From an uncultured Lachnospiraceae bacterium (GTDB lineage: Bacteria; Bacillota; Clostridia; Lachnospirales; Lachnospiraceae): a stretch of 64,000 bases of DNA. The notes below the pieces were generated by a model that searched no databases, was not told where the DNA came from, and saw only the letters and a program-made list of their open reading frames with translations. The DNA lies in the NCBI GenBank assembly GCA_900546495.1, contig URDN01000005.1, forward strand, positions 16,631 through 80,630, in the 5' to 3' direction. Positions 40,273 through 49,227 of this stretch are shown one piece after another (the first letter of the stretch is position 1; every line of letters begins with the position of its first letter). The translations under genes and the position numbers were made by a program.

Positions 40273-41331
40273 CTATTCACTCCAGTTAATGAGCTCCTGA
40301 CGCAGTGCCTCTAATAATTCTGCCTCCGGAACTTTCTTTATCACTTCGCCACGGCGGATGATCAAACCTTCCTGTCTGCCGCCGCAGATACCAAGATCCG
40401 CTTCTTTTGCTTCTCCCGGTCCGTTTACCACGCAGCCCATAACGGCTACTTTTATATCCAGTGGGAACTCAGCCACCATATTTTCTACTTTATTTGCCAG
40501 ACTGATCAGATCAATACTGGTGCGTCCGCAAGTCGGACATGAAACGATCTCAATGCCGCCTTTGCGCAGTCCCAGCGTTTTCAGGATCAGTTTCGCAGAT
40601 TTGATTTCTTCCACCGGATCCCCGGTCAGAGAAACACGGATCGTATCACCGATTCCCTGATTCAGGATCAGTGCCAGACCGATAGAAGATTTGATGTTTC
40701 CGCTAATGATGGTTCCAGACTCTGTGATGCCCACATGAAGCGGATAATCAGTCTTTTTGGAAATCAACTCATGCGCTTTGACACACATCATGACATCGGA
40801 AGATTTAATACTGATCACCAGATTATCATAACCGAAATCCTCGATCATTTTCACCTTATCCAGAGCACTCTCCACGATTCCTTCTGCGGTAACACCGTGG
40901 TATTTCTCCACCAGTTCTTTTTCCAGAGAACCACTGTTTACACCGACACGGATTGGAATATTCCGCTCTCTGGCACAGTCAACCACTGCTTTCACACGCT
41001 CTGCAGAACCGATATTGCCCGGATTGATACGGATCTTATCTGCACCGTTTTCCATCGCCGCAATGGCAAGTCTATAATCAAAATGTATGTCAGCCACAAG
41101 TGGAATATGAATCTGTTTTTTGATCTCTGCAAGTGCTTTTGCCGCTTCCATATCAGGAACCGTGCAGCGGATGATCTGACATCCTGCGCGCTCCAGCTGC
41201 AGGATCTGAGCAACCGTTGCCTCCACATCCTGTGTCTTTGTATTTGTCATGGACTGAATTGCGATGGGATGATTGCCGCCAATGATCACATCACCGATTC
41301 GCACTTCTTTTGTACGTCTTCTCTCTGCCAT
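40273..41331 (-). CDS. ispG: (E)-4-hydroxy-3-methylbut-2-enyl-diphosphate synthase
   Basis: IQSMTNT, ADIHF, RINPGNIG, RVGVNSGS, CPTCGR, MGCVVNGPGE. Confidence 0.97.
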   Translation of the reverse strand: MAERRRTKEVRIGDVIIGGNHPIAIQSMTNTKTQDVEATVAQILQLERAGCQIIRCTVPDMEAAKALAEIKKQIHIPLVADIHFDYRLAIAAMENGADKIRINPGNIGSAERVKAVVDCARERNIPIRVGVNSGSLEKELVEKYHGVTAEGIVESALDKVKMIEDFGYDNLVISIKSSDVMMCVKAHELISKKTDYPLHVGITESGTIISGNIKSSIGLALILNQGIGDTIRVSLTGDPVEEIKSAKLILKTLGLRKGGIEIVSCPTCGRTSIDLISLANKVENMVAEFPLDIKVAVMGCVVNGPGEAKEADLGICGGRQEGLIIRRGEVIKKVPEAELLEALRQELINWSE

Positions 41332-41481
41332 TTTTCTTCTCCTTTTAAAATAAACGGATATTCTCAATTCTTTTCCACTACTTACCAATCACTAAATAGC
41401 TGTTGTTTCACAATTTATCAAAAGAAACATTACTTTCTCTACTTCATCTAAGTAACTTCCATAAGAATATTCTTAATTTTT

Positions 41482-42522
41482 CTACGGTATCAGCTTTCGG
41501 ATATCGTTAAACATAATCAGAATCATCAGTCCAAACAGGCACAGTAATCCGATAAAATGCACCATACCTTCTTTATCTTCACTGACTCTTTTTCCACGGA
41601 TCGCCTCGATCACCAGAAATACCAGACGACCGCCGTCCAATGCCGGAATCGGAAGCAGGTTCATCACGCCAAGGTTTGCTGACAGCAGCAACGCGAGATT
41701 CAGCAAATTCATCCAGACGTAAAACGTACCGTCTGATTTGCTCATATCGTAAGTGTCCCCGATAGTTTTTACAATTCCAACCGGTCCGGATAGATCATTG
41801 ACACTGACCTGACGGGTCAGAAGCATTTTCAGACTGCCTATCGTATACTGGATCCAATATTTCACTTCATACACACTGTACTGTAGTGTCTTTATCGGTC
41901 CCACTTTCGTATATTCACCGGAACCATAAATTCCGTAACGGTAGCGTCCCTGTTCTTCATCATAACTCGGCTGCACCTCTACCGTATTTTGCGCGCCATT
42001 TCTCTCGTAGGTAACTTCTACCGTCTCGCCTTCATGAAACAGCGTGTACATACTGATTTCCTTAAAAAAATGAATATGTTTGTGATTCATTTTGATGATT
42101 TCGTCACCAGCCTGCAATCCTGCTGTCTGTGCACCATATCCATCTTCCACCTGCGCTACGGTTGGTGTGGAGATACCGATATTTCCAAGAATGATCACTG
42201 CCAGCACAAAGGCCATGATAAAGTTAAATACCGGTCCCGCCGCAACGACGCTGATCCGCGCCCAGACAGATTTTTTCTGAAAAGACCGGTCATCATCACT
42301 CTGGCTGTCCTCCCCTTCCATCATGCAGGCGCCGCCAAAAGGCAACAGTTTTATAGAATACTTTGTCTCTCCTTTTGTAAATCCCACGATGGTTGGTCCA
42401 AGTCCCAAAGAAAACTCATTGACCCGGATTCCGTTGGCTTTTGCCAACAGGAAATGTCCCAGTTCGTGAAACAGAATAATCGCACTGAACAGTAATATCG
42501 CTATGATATACTTTATGATCAC
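41482..42522 (-). CDS. rseP: RIP metalloprotease RseP (site-2 protease with PDZ)
   Basis: HELGH, AAGPVFN, NLLPIPALDGG. Confidence 0.96.
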   Translation of the reverse strand: MIIKYIIAILLFSAIILFHELGHFLLAKANGIRVNEFSLGLGPTIVGFTKGETKYSIKLLPFGGACMMEGEDSQSDDDRSFQKKSVWARISVVAAGPVFNFIMAFVLAVIILGNIGISTPTVAQVEDGYGAQTAGLQAGDEIIKMNHKHIHFFKEISMYTLFHEGETVEVTYERNGAQNTVEVQPSYDEEQGRYRYGIYGSGEYTKVGPIKTLQYSVYEVKYWIQYTIGSLKMLLTRQVSVNDLSGPVGIVKTIGDTYDMSKSDGTFYVWMNLLNLALLLSANLGVMNLLPIPALDGGRLVFLVIEAIRGKRVSEDKEGMVHFIGLLCLFGLMILIMFNDIRKLIP

Positions 42523-42523
42523 C

Positions 42524-43672
42524 CTACCACCTGCTTTCTATCCATTCATATACTGCTGCCTCCGTTGCCAGAATTTCTTCCACAGACGGATGTTCAATAT
42601 ATGTAATTTCCTCCATTGCAGATGCGATAATATCAGGAATATCAAGAAATGCGATTCTCCGCTCCAGAAACATTGCTACTGCCATCTCATTTGCTGCATT
42701 AAATATCGTTGGGATATTGCCTCCGCGGCGCATAGCCTCCAACGCAAATTTCAATCCCTCAAAGGTATCCATATCCGGCGCTTCAAAGGTCATCTGACCA
42801 AGCTTGTAAAAATCAAGACGCATGCCGCGTAAAAATCTACGTTCCGGATAATACAGTGCATACTGAATCGGAAGTTTCATGTCCGGTGTTCCAAGCTGCG
42901 CAATGATGGCGCCATCTTCGTACTGTACCATGGAATGAATGACACTTTGTGGATGTACCACTACCTGAATCTGATCCAGATTTACGCCAAACAGCCATTT
43001 TGCTTCCATGACTTCCAGACCTTTGTTCACCAATGTTGCTGAATCAATGGTGATTTTACGTCCCATCACCCAGTTCGGGTGTTTCAGGGCATCTTCCAGA
43101 CGCACCTGGGAAAGCTGCTCTCTGGTCATACCGCGGAACGGGCCGCCGGAAGCCGTCAATAAAATTTTATCAATCTTGTTTCCGTGTTCTTTTTCTCCGT
43201 TCAGAGACTGAAAGATTGCACTGTGTTCACTGTCTACCGGTAAAATACGGACACCACATTTTTTTGCCAGCGGCATGATAATATGTCCCGCTGTTACCAG
43301 TGTTTCCTTATTTGCCAGTGCAATGTCTTTTCCGGCTTCAATGGCAGCGATGGTCGGGCGGATGCCAAGCATGCCGACGATTGCTGTTACCAAAACCTCT
43401 GCTTTTTCTTCACAGGCAACTGCCATCAGTCCGTCCATGCCGGACAGTACCGGAATGTCCAGATCGCTGATGCGAAGTGCCAGTTCTTTTGCTTTTTCTT
43501 CTGTCTTTACCGCCGCCAGAACCGGTTTGAATTCACGGATCTGCCGCTCCAGCAGGTCAATATTGTCACCTGCGGATAACGCGGTTACTTTTATATCCTG
43601 TTGTGCACGCACAACTTCCAGTGTCTGGGTACCGATGGAACCGGTGGAACCCAGAATTGCTATATATTTCAT
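42524..43672 (-). CDS. dxr: 1-deoxy-D-xylulose-5-phosphate reductoisomerase
   Basis: GSTGSIG, LANKE, PVDSEH, TASGGPF, HPNWVMG, NKGLE. Confidence 0.97.
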   Translation of the reverse strand: MKYIAILGSTGSIGTQTLEVVRAQQDIKVTALSAGDNIDLLERQIREFKPVLAAVKTEEKAKELALRISDLDIPVLSGMDGLMAVACEEKAEVLVTAIVGMLGIRPTIAAIEAGKDIALANKETLVTAGHIIMPLAKKCGVRILPVDSEHSAIFQSLNGEKEHGNKIDKILLTASGGPFRGMTREQLSQVRLEDALKHPNWVMGRKITIDSATLVNKGLEVMEAKWLFGVNLDQIQVVVHPQSVIHSMVQYEDGAIIAQLGTPDMKLPIQYALYYPERRFLRGMRLDFYKLGQMTFEAPDMDTFEGLKFALEAMRRGGNIPTIFNAANEMAVAMFLERRIAFLDIPDIIASAMEEITYIEHPSVEEILATEAAVYEWIESRW

Positions 43673-43701
43673 CTCTCTTATTCCTTTCTATTTGAAAGTG
43701 G

Positions 43702-44514
43702 TTAGATTGCAAGCTGTAACAGATTTCCTGTCAGATAGAAAATAATCGGTGCGGTAAAAATCACACTGTCAAAACGATCCAGAATACCACCATGACCCGG
43801 AATCAGTTTTCCATAATCTTTAATCTCAAAGTTACGTTTGATTGCAGAAGCAGCCAGATCACCCACCATGGAGATCAGCGCACCTGCCGCACAGATACCT
43901 GCCATCATAAAAATATATGGCATATCTACATGCATAGAACCACGGAATAAAAATCCATAAATAAGCGTCAGTAATGCAGCTCCAACCACACCGCCGACAG
44001 CACCTTCCACTGATTTTTTCGGACTTAACACCGGTGCCATCTTATGTTTTCCAAAGAGCATTCCCACGCAGTATGCACAGGTATCACAGCCCCAGGAGCA
44101 CAAAAAGATCAGCCATACCAGATATCTTCCGCCTTCCAGAGAACGTGTCTCATAAATACAGGACAGCATAACTGCCACATAGAACACGCCGAAAAATGCA
44201 GCAATGATCTGGTTTGCATGAAATTTCGGATAACCGAATACAAACACGCACATGCACACGATCAGCAGTGCCATCACAAACATCATAATGTCCGGGATAA
44301 AACCAAATGCCACGTTCAGATAATACACAATGGCTGCCACATAGCCCACGATTCCCGGTGCACTTTTTTCAATCCCAAATACACGATACAATTCAAACAG
44401 TCCGATCAGGGAAATAATTCCAAGTACGGTCAGAAGCAGATATCCTCCGTGTATAATAAATAACAATGCCAGCAGCACCAGAACGATACCGCTCAACAGT
44501 CTTGTCTTAAACAT
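43702..44514 (-). CDS. cdsA: Phosphatidate cytidylyltransferase
   Basis: SPKKSVEG, GDL..SAIKR..IKDYG..IPGHGGILDRFDS. Confidence 0.96.
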   Translation of the reverse strand: MFKTRLLSGIVLVLLALLFIIHGGYLLLTVLGIISLIGLFELYRVFGIEKSAPGIVGYVAAIVYYLNVAFGFIPDIMMFVMALLIVCMCVFVFGYPKFHANQIIAAFFGVFYVAVMLSCIYETRSLEGGRYLVWLIFLCSWGCDTCAYCVGMLFGKHKMAPVLSPKKSVEGAVGGVVGAALLTLIYGFLFRGSMHVDMPYIFMMAGICAAGALISMVGDLAASAIKRNFEIKDYGKLIPGHGGILDRFDSVIFTAPIIFYLTGNLLQLAI

Positions 44515-44616
44515 ACTTTTTCCTCTCTTACGCTCGGGGATTCCTTCAGAGCAGGAATTCCCTTTTTATCATCCAATGTATCTGTCATGTTTATTCGAAC
44601 GAAATCTGTTCTTACG

Positions 44617-45336
44617 CTAGGCCTTTACCTTACCGTAACGACGGTCACGGCTAGTATATGCCTCAATCGCCTTTACCAGTTCCGCTTTATCGAACTCCGG
44701 CCATGGCGTATCTGTAAAATAAAATTCACTATACGCATGCTGCCACATCAGATAATTGGACAGTCTCTGTTCTCCGCTGGTGCGGATCATCAAATCCGGA
44801 TCCGGGATTCCAGCAGTATCCAGATAATCCGAAAAATGTGTCTCATCCACTTCCTCCAGTGTAATTTTTCCTTCTTTGTAATCCTGCATCATCTGACGCA
44901 TGCCGCGCAGCATTTCATCCCGGCTGCCATAGTTAATGGCAATCTGAAACTGTAAGCCGGTATTTTTTGCCGTGTCAGTCTCTAATTTGCGGATACTCTC
45001 CTGCAAATCTTCTGCCAGACCGGTTTTATCGCCGATCACGCGTACTTTGGTGTTATTTTTCATTGCTTTTGTATAACAGATTTTGATATATTTGCGAAAT
45101 AAAAACATCAATGTCTTTACTTCTGCTTCCGGGCGGCTCCAGTTTTCTGTAGAAAACGCATATACTGTCAGATATTTAATGCCAAGTGCATCTGCATCCT
45201 CACAGATGTCCATGATCACATCCGCGCCTTTGGAGTGTCCATAAGTACGCGGCATCCCCTTCGATTTTGCCCAACGGCCGTTTCCGTCCATGATAATGGA
45301 GACATGGGTCGGTATCTTTAACTGTGAAAGTTCCAT
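44617..45336 (-). CDS. uppS: Undecaprenyl diphosphate synthase
   Basis: IIMDGNGRWA, YAFSTENWSRP, NYGSR, IRTSGEQRLSNY. Confidence 0.97.
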   Translation of the reverse strand: MELSQLKIPTHVSIIMDGNGRWAKSKGMPRTYGHSKGADVIMDICEDADALGIKYLTVYAFSTENWSRPEAEVKTLMFLFRKYIKICYTKAMKNNTKVRVIGDKTGLAEDLQESIRKLETDTAKNTGLQFQIAINYGSRDEMLRGMRQMMQDYKEGKITLEEVDETHFSDYLDTAGIPDPDLMIRTSGEQRLSNYLMWQHAYSEFYFTDTPWPEFDKAELVKAIEAYTSRDRRYGKVKA

Positions 45337-45406
45337 ATTTTTCCCCTTTCTCAGAAAAGGACATAGCCTGCGCCATGTCCCCATCTTTTTTATCTTTTCG
45401 AAACTA

Positions 45407-45964
45407 TTATACTGTCATGATCTCTTTTGTTTTCTCTGCAACTGCAGCATCAACATCAGCAATATATTTGTCTGTCAGTTTCTGAACCTGAGTCTCCAGA
45501 TCTTTGATCTCGTCCTCAGATACATCCCCTGCTTTGCCCATTTTCTTTAAAGCATCGTTTGCATCACGACGAATGTTACGGACAGCAACTTTGGCAGCCT
45601 CGCCTTTTTTCTTTACATCTTTGGCAAGATCTTTACGTCTCTCCTCTGTCAGTTCCGGGAATACCAGACGGATGCATTTTCCATCGTTTGTTGGATTAAT
45701 TCCAAGGTCAGATGTCATGATTGCTTTCTCAATTGCTTTTACCATGGATGCTTCCCATGGCTGGATCATGATCATACGTGCTTCCGGAACAGATACGTTT
45801 GCAACCTGCTGGATTGCAGTCGGTGCACCATAGTAATCTACACGGATCTGATCCAGTACATGCGGGTTTGCACGTCCTGCACGGATGGATGTGTACTCCT
45901 CCAGTAAGTTGTTGTAAGATTTCTGCATCTTTGTTTCATAAGGTTTGATTGTCTCGTTTGCCAT
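45407..45964 (-). CDS. frr: Ribosome recycling factor
   Basis: IRAGRANP, LTEERRKDL, VRNIRR. Confidence 0.98.
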   Translation of the reverse strand: MANETIKPYETKMQKSYNNLLEEYTSIRAGRANPHVLDQIRVDYYGAPTAIQQVANVSVPEARMIMIQPWEASMVKAIEKAIMTSDLGINPTNDGKCIRLVFPELTEERRKDLAKDVKKKGEAAKVAVRNIRRDANDALKKMGKAGDVSEDEIKDLETQVQKLTDKYIADVDAAVAEKTKEIMTV

Positions 45965-46021
45965 ATTTTAATCCTCCAAATATTTTCTTTTTACCTTCTG
46001 ATATTTCTTATCTCATATGGA

Positions 46022-46717
46022 TTATACGGTTACTTTCGTTCCGTTAAAATCACCGCTGATTGCTTTTACAATGCTGTTTTCTTCATTTAAACCAAATACA
46101 TACATCGGCATTTTGTTCTCCATGCTCAGGATGGATGCAGTCAGGTCAACGACTGCCAGCTGTTTGTCGATAACTTCCTGAATGCTTACCTCATCGTAAC
46201 GTTTTGCATTCGGATTTGTCTTCGGATCGCTGTCATATACGCCGTCAATTGCTTTTGCAAGCAAGATAACATCTGCCTCGATCTCGATGGCACGCAGAAC
46301 AGTTGCTGTGTCTGTGGAGAAATACGGATGACCGGTTCCACCTGCGAAAAATACAACCATTCCTTTATCAAAATATTTGTTTGCACGGTCTTTGGAAAAC
46401 AGTTTTGTAAAAGAACCGCACTCAAACGGTGTCAGTACATTTGTTTTCATGCCAACGGAACGGAAGATTTCAGATACATAAATACAGTTCATAACCGTTG
46501 CAAGCATACCGATCTGATCTGCTTTTGTACGGTCAATGGTCTCACTGGTACGACCTCTCCAGAAGTTTCCACCACCGATTACGATACCAACTTCAATTCC
46601 CTGATCCACTAACTGTTTTACCTGATTTGCAACAACCGTAACGGTTGCCTCGTCAAAACCAACTTTTTTATCTCCTGCCAGCGCTTCTCCGCTCAGCTTC
46701 AGTAAAACTCTCTTCAT
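46022..46717 (-). CDS. pyrH: UMP kinase
   Basis: LLKLSGEAL, GGGNFWRG, GTGHPYFSTD, DGVYDSDP. Confidence 0.98.
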   Translation of the reverse strand: MKRVLLKLSGEALAGDKKVGFDEATVTVVANQVKQLVDQGIEVGIVIGGGNFWRGRTSETIDRTKADQIGMLATVMNCIYVSEIFRSVGMKTNVLTPFECGSFTKLFSKDRANKYFDKGMVVFFAGGTGHPYFSTDTATVLRAIEIEADVILLAKAIDGVYDSDPKTNPNAKRYDEVSIQEVIDKQLAVVDLTASILSMENKMPMYVFGLNEENSIVKAISGDFNGTKVTV

Positions 46718-46805
46718 AAGAATTCTGTCCTTTCTTTATCATTATTATTTACTTTCACTATTTCATTCATTACCTGTTACAGTTCATGATCGGCATTCAC
46801 CACTT

Positions 46806-46922
46806 GTCAATCATACGAGCATGTTGACTCGTTTGCGCTCATTATATCGTGATTTCATCACTCAATAATTTCGCCGCTCGTCAATCATGCAAGCATGTTG
46901 ACTCACTTTCGCTCATTATATC
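46806..46922. repeat. Two imperfect 43-bp direct repeats with internal hairpin
   Basis: GTCAATCATACGAGCATGTTGACTCGTTTGCGCTCATTATATC (46806-46848) and GTCAATCATGCAAGCATGTTGACTCACTTTCGCTCATTATATC (46880-46922). Confidence 0.85.
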
Positions 46923-46950
46923 ATACCTTTACATTTTATGGTAGGAAAAA

Positions 46951-47655
46951 TTACTCACAGTAAACACCGCCACATTTTTCGATACATGCCTTTGCAACCA
47001 CATTCATGGCATCAATATAAAAATCCGGATTCAGACTGTAATTGACATTTAATACAGACAACTCCGTACATGCAAGGATCACTGCATCACACCCCTGCCC
47101 ACGCAGCTCATGTACCACATTCATAAACTGATGACGGTCTCCCTTCTCTCCGCGTTTGATCTGCTCATAGATTAGGGACATGACATCTTTCTGACGCTCC
47201 CCGGACGGATATACTACCTCAATTCCGTATTTTTCCAGTGCCCTTTTATACATTCCACCACGGACCGTTCCATCGGTCGCCATAACGCCGACTTTTTTTC
47301 TTCCCCGCTCAGATGCATAACGAGCTGTTTCTTCAATCATATTAATGAATTTTCCGTGTGTCAACTCCTGCAGGCGATCTGCAAAATAATGACAGGTATT
47401 ACACGGAATTGCAAAATACTCACAGCCAAACTGCTCCATCCCGCGGATATCTTTTGCAATAATGTCCCACAGATAATCCTGTTTTCCACACAAAATACAT
47501 TCCGTACGATCCGGAATCGATGCATGGTTATAAACGAGAATGTCCAGATGCTCACGGTCATTGTTTACCGAAGTATTATCGATAATCTTTTTATAAAAAA
47601 GCACTGTAGCTTCTGATCCCATTCCTCCTAAAATTCCTAATTTCTTTTTTTCCAT
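46951..47655 (-). CDS. racD: Aspartate racemase (PLP-independent Asp/Glu racemase family)
   Basis: GILGGMG..AT, IPDRT, catalytic PCNT and ACTEL cysteines. Confidence 0.88.
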   Translation of the reverse strand: MEKKKLGILGGMGSEATVLFYKKIIDNTSVNNDREHLDILVYNHASIPDRTECILCGKQDYLWDIIAKDIRGMEQFGCEYFAIPCNTCHYFADRLQELTHGKFINMIEETARYASERGRKKVGVMATDGTVRGGMYKRALEKYGIEVVYPSGERQKDVMSLIYEQIKRGEKGDRHQFMNVVHELRGQGCDAVILACTELSVLNVNYSLNPDFYIDAMNVVAKACIEKCGGVYCE

Positions 47656-47734
47656 ATGCTTATGGTTTCCTTTCCTTTATAAAAGGTAATATTTTTCTTG
47701 TAAAAATGTATCATAACACACTTTTCCGCTTTCG

Positions 47735-47763
47735 ACTATATCAAATCTGTTTTTCAGTGTCAA
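47735..47763 (-). promoter_or_regulatory. SigA-type promoter for the racemase
   Basis: TTGACA-17bp-TATAGT on the minus strand. Confidence 0.7.
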
Positions 47764-47804
47764 CCGCATGCATTTTATGTATTACACTTCACTCATCATA
47801 TGTA

Positions 47805-47879
47805 GTAAAGCGGATATTCTCAATCCGCTTTCGCTACTTGCTCATGAACGCAGTCGTTTTGCGAATGGCGCGTGTGAAC
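47805..47879 (+). repeat. Chimeric repeat: family A 5' half joined to family B terminus
   Basis: GTAAAGCGGATATTCTCAATCCGCTTTCGCTACTTGCTCATGAACGCAGTCG followed by TTTTGCGAATGGCGCGTGTGAAC. Confidence 0.9.
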
Positions 47880-47926
47880 AATAACTTTTATGTGAACCTA
47901 TAACATAATTTTTCCCGGAAATGAAC

Positions 47927-47955
47927 TTGTATAAATAGCGCATCTGGTATAAAAT
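47927..47955 (+). promoter_or_regulatory. SigA-type promoter for the ligase-MurE operon
   Basis: TTGTAT-17bp-TAAAAT. Confidence 0.5.
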
Positions 47956-47997
47956 AATGCAGGAATCTTAATAGAATTAATTTGGAGGATTATAGAT

Positions 47998-49209
47998 ATG
48001 GAATTTAAAAAACAGCCATTCATACCAATGCTGTTTGGCGGCGACATCAATACATACAGTGTTGCCCGTGCATTTTATGAAGAATATCAGGTAAAAACCT
48101 ATGTATTCGGAAAGTTTCCAAGTGGTCCGAGTTACAACAGCAATATTATTGAATACCATGCAAATTTAAAAATTGATACCGACGAAGTATTTATGCAAAC
48201 CGTCCGCGATTTTGCCGCTGCCCACGCAGATAAAACCGTTCTGACCATTGGTTGCGGTGATTCTTATGTGGCACTGTGCAGCCGCCACAAAGATGAAATG
48301 CCGGAAAATGTCGTTGCTCCGTATATCGATTTTGAATTGATGGACAGACTGCAGCAGAAAGAACTGTTCTACCGTCTCTGCCGTGAGCACGATATTGATT
48401 TTCCGGATACCCTTGTATTCCGTCACGGCATGGATCTGGATTTTGAACTGCCGTTCTCTTTCCCGGTTATCTTGAAACCGTCCAACTCCGTTATGTACTG
48501 GGAACACGAATTCCCGACACAGGAAAAAGTATACAAGATTGATAATGACAAAAAATTAAAAGATACGATCCGTCAGATTTACGATGCAGGATACACAGAT
48601 TCCCTCATCATTCAGGACACCATCCCAGGAAATGACGAATTTATGCGTGTACTGACCTGTTTCTCTGGAAAAGATAAAAAAGTAAAAATGATGTGTCTCG
48701 GACACGTTCTCTTAGAGGAGCATACCCCACACGGTTCCGGTAACCACGCCGTGATCATCACAGAGCCGCAGGAAGAACTGATGACCAAAGTTAAAAACCT
48801 GTTAGAGACCATCGGTTATGTCGGATTTTCTAACTTTGACATCAAATACGACATTCGTGACAATCGTTACAAATTCTTTGAGATCAATACCCGACAGGGA
48901 CGTTCCAACTACTATGTAACAGGTTCCGGCTTCAACGTAGCCCGCTACTTCGTAGAGGAATTTGTATATAATAAAGACATTCCGTTTAAAATCGCAAAAG
49001 ATGAACACCTCTGGATGGTCGTTCCGAAGGCCGTTGCCCGCAAATATGTACATCAGCCGGAAAACAAAGAAAAATTAAACCGTCTGATCCGGGAGGGCAA
49101 AGTTGTAAATCCGGTATTTATGAAAGGCGATTTCAATTTCAACCGATGGTTGCGTATGGTCAAGAACCACTTCAGCCACTTCCGTAAATTTAAAACATAC
49201 TATCACTAA
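47998..49209 (+). CDS. ATP-grasp carboxylate-amine ligase, D-aspartate ligase (Aslfm/YxbA) type
   Basis: GGDINTYSVARAFYEEY N-terminus, FPVILKP, IIQDTIPG, GHVLLEEH, GFSNFDIKYD, FEINTRQGRSNYY; adjacent to an Asp racemase. Confidence 0.85.
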   Translation: MEFKKQPFIPMLFGGDINTYSVARAFYEEYQVKTYVFGKFPSGPSYNSNIIEYHANLKIDTDEVFMQTVRDFAAAHADKTVLTIGCGDSYVALCSRHKDEMPENVVAPYIDFELMDRLQQKELFYRLCREHDIDFPDTLVFRHGMDLDFELPFSFPVILKPSNSVMYWEHEFPTQEKVYKIDNDKKLKDTIRQIYDAGYTDSLIIQDTIPGNDEFMRVLTCFSGKDKKVKMMCLGHVLLEEHTPHGSGNHAVIITEPQEELMTKVKNLLETIGYVGFSNFDIKYDIRDNRYKFFEINTRQGRSNYYVTGSGFNVARYFVEEFVYNKDIPFKIAKDEHLWMVVPKAVARKYVHQPENKEKLNRLIREGKVVNPVFMKGDFNFNRWLRMVKNHFSHFRKFKTYYH

Positions 49210-49227
49210 AAACAGAGAGGAATACTT

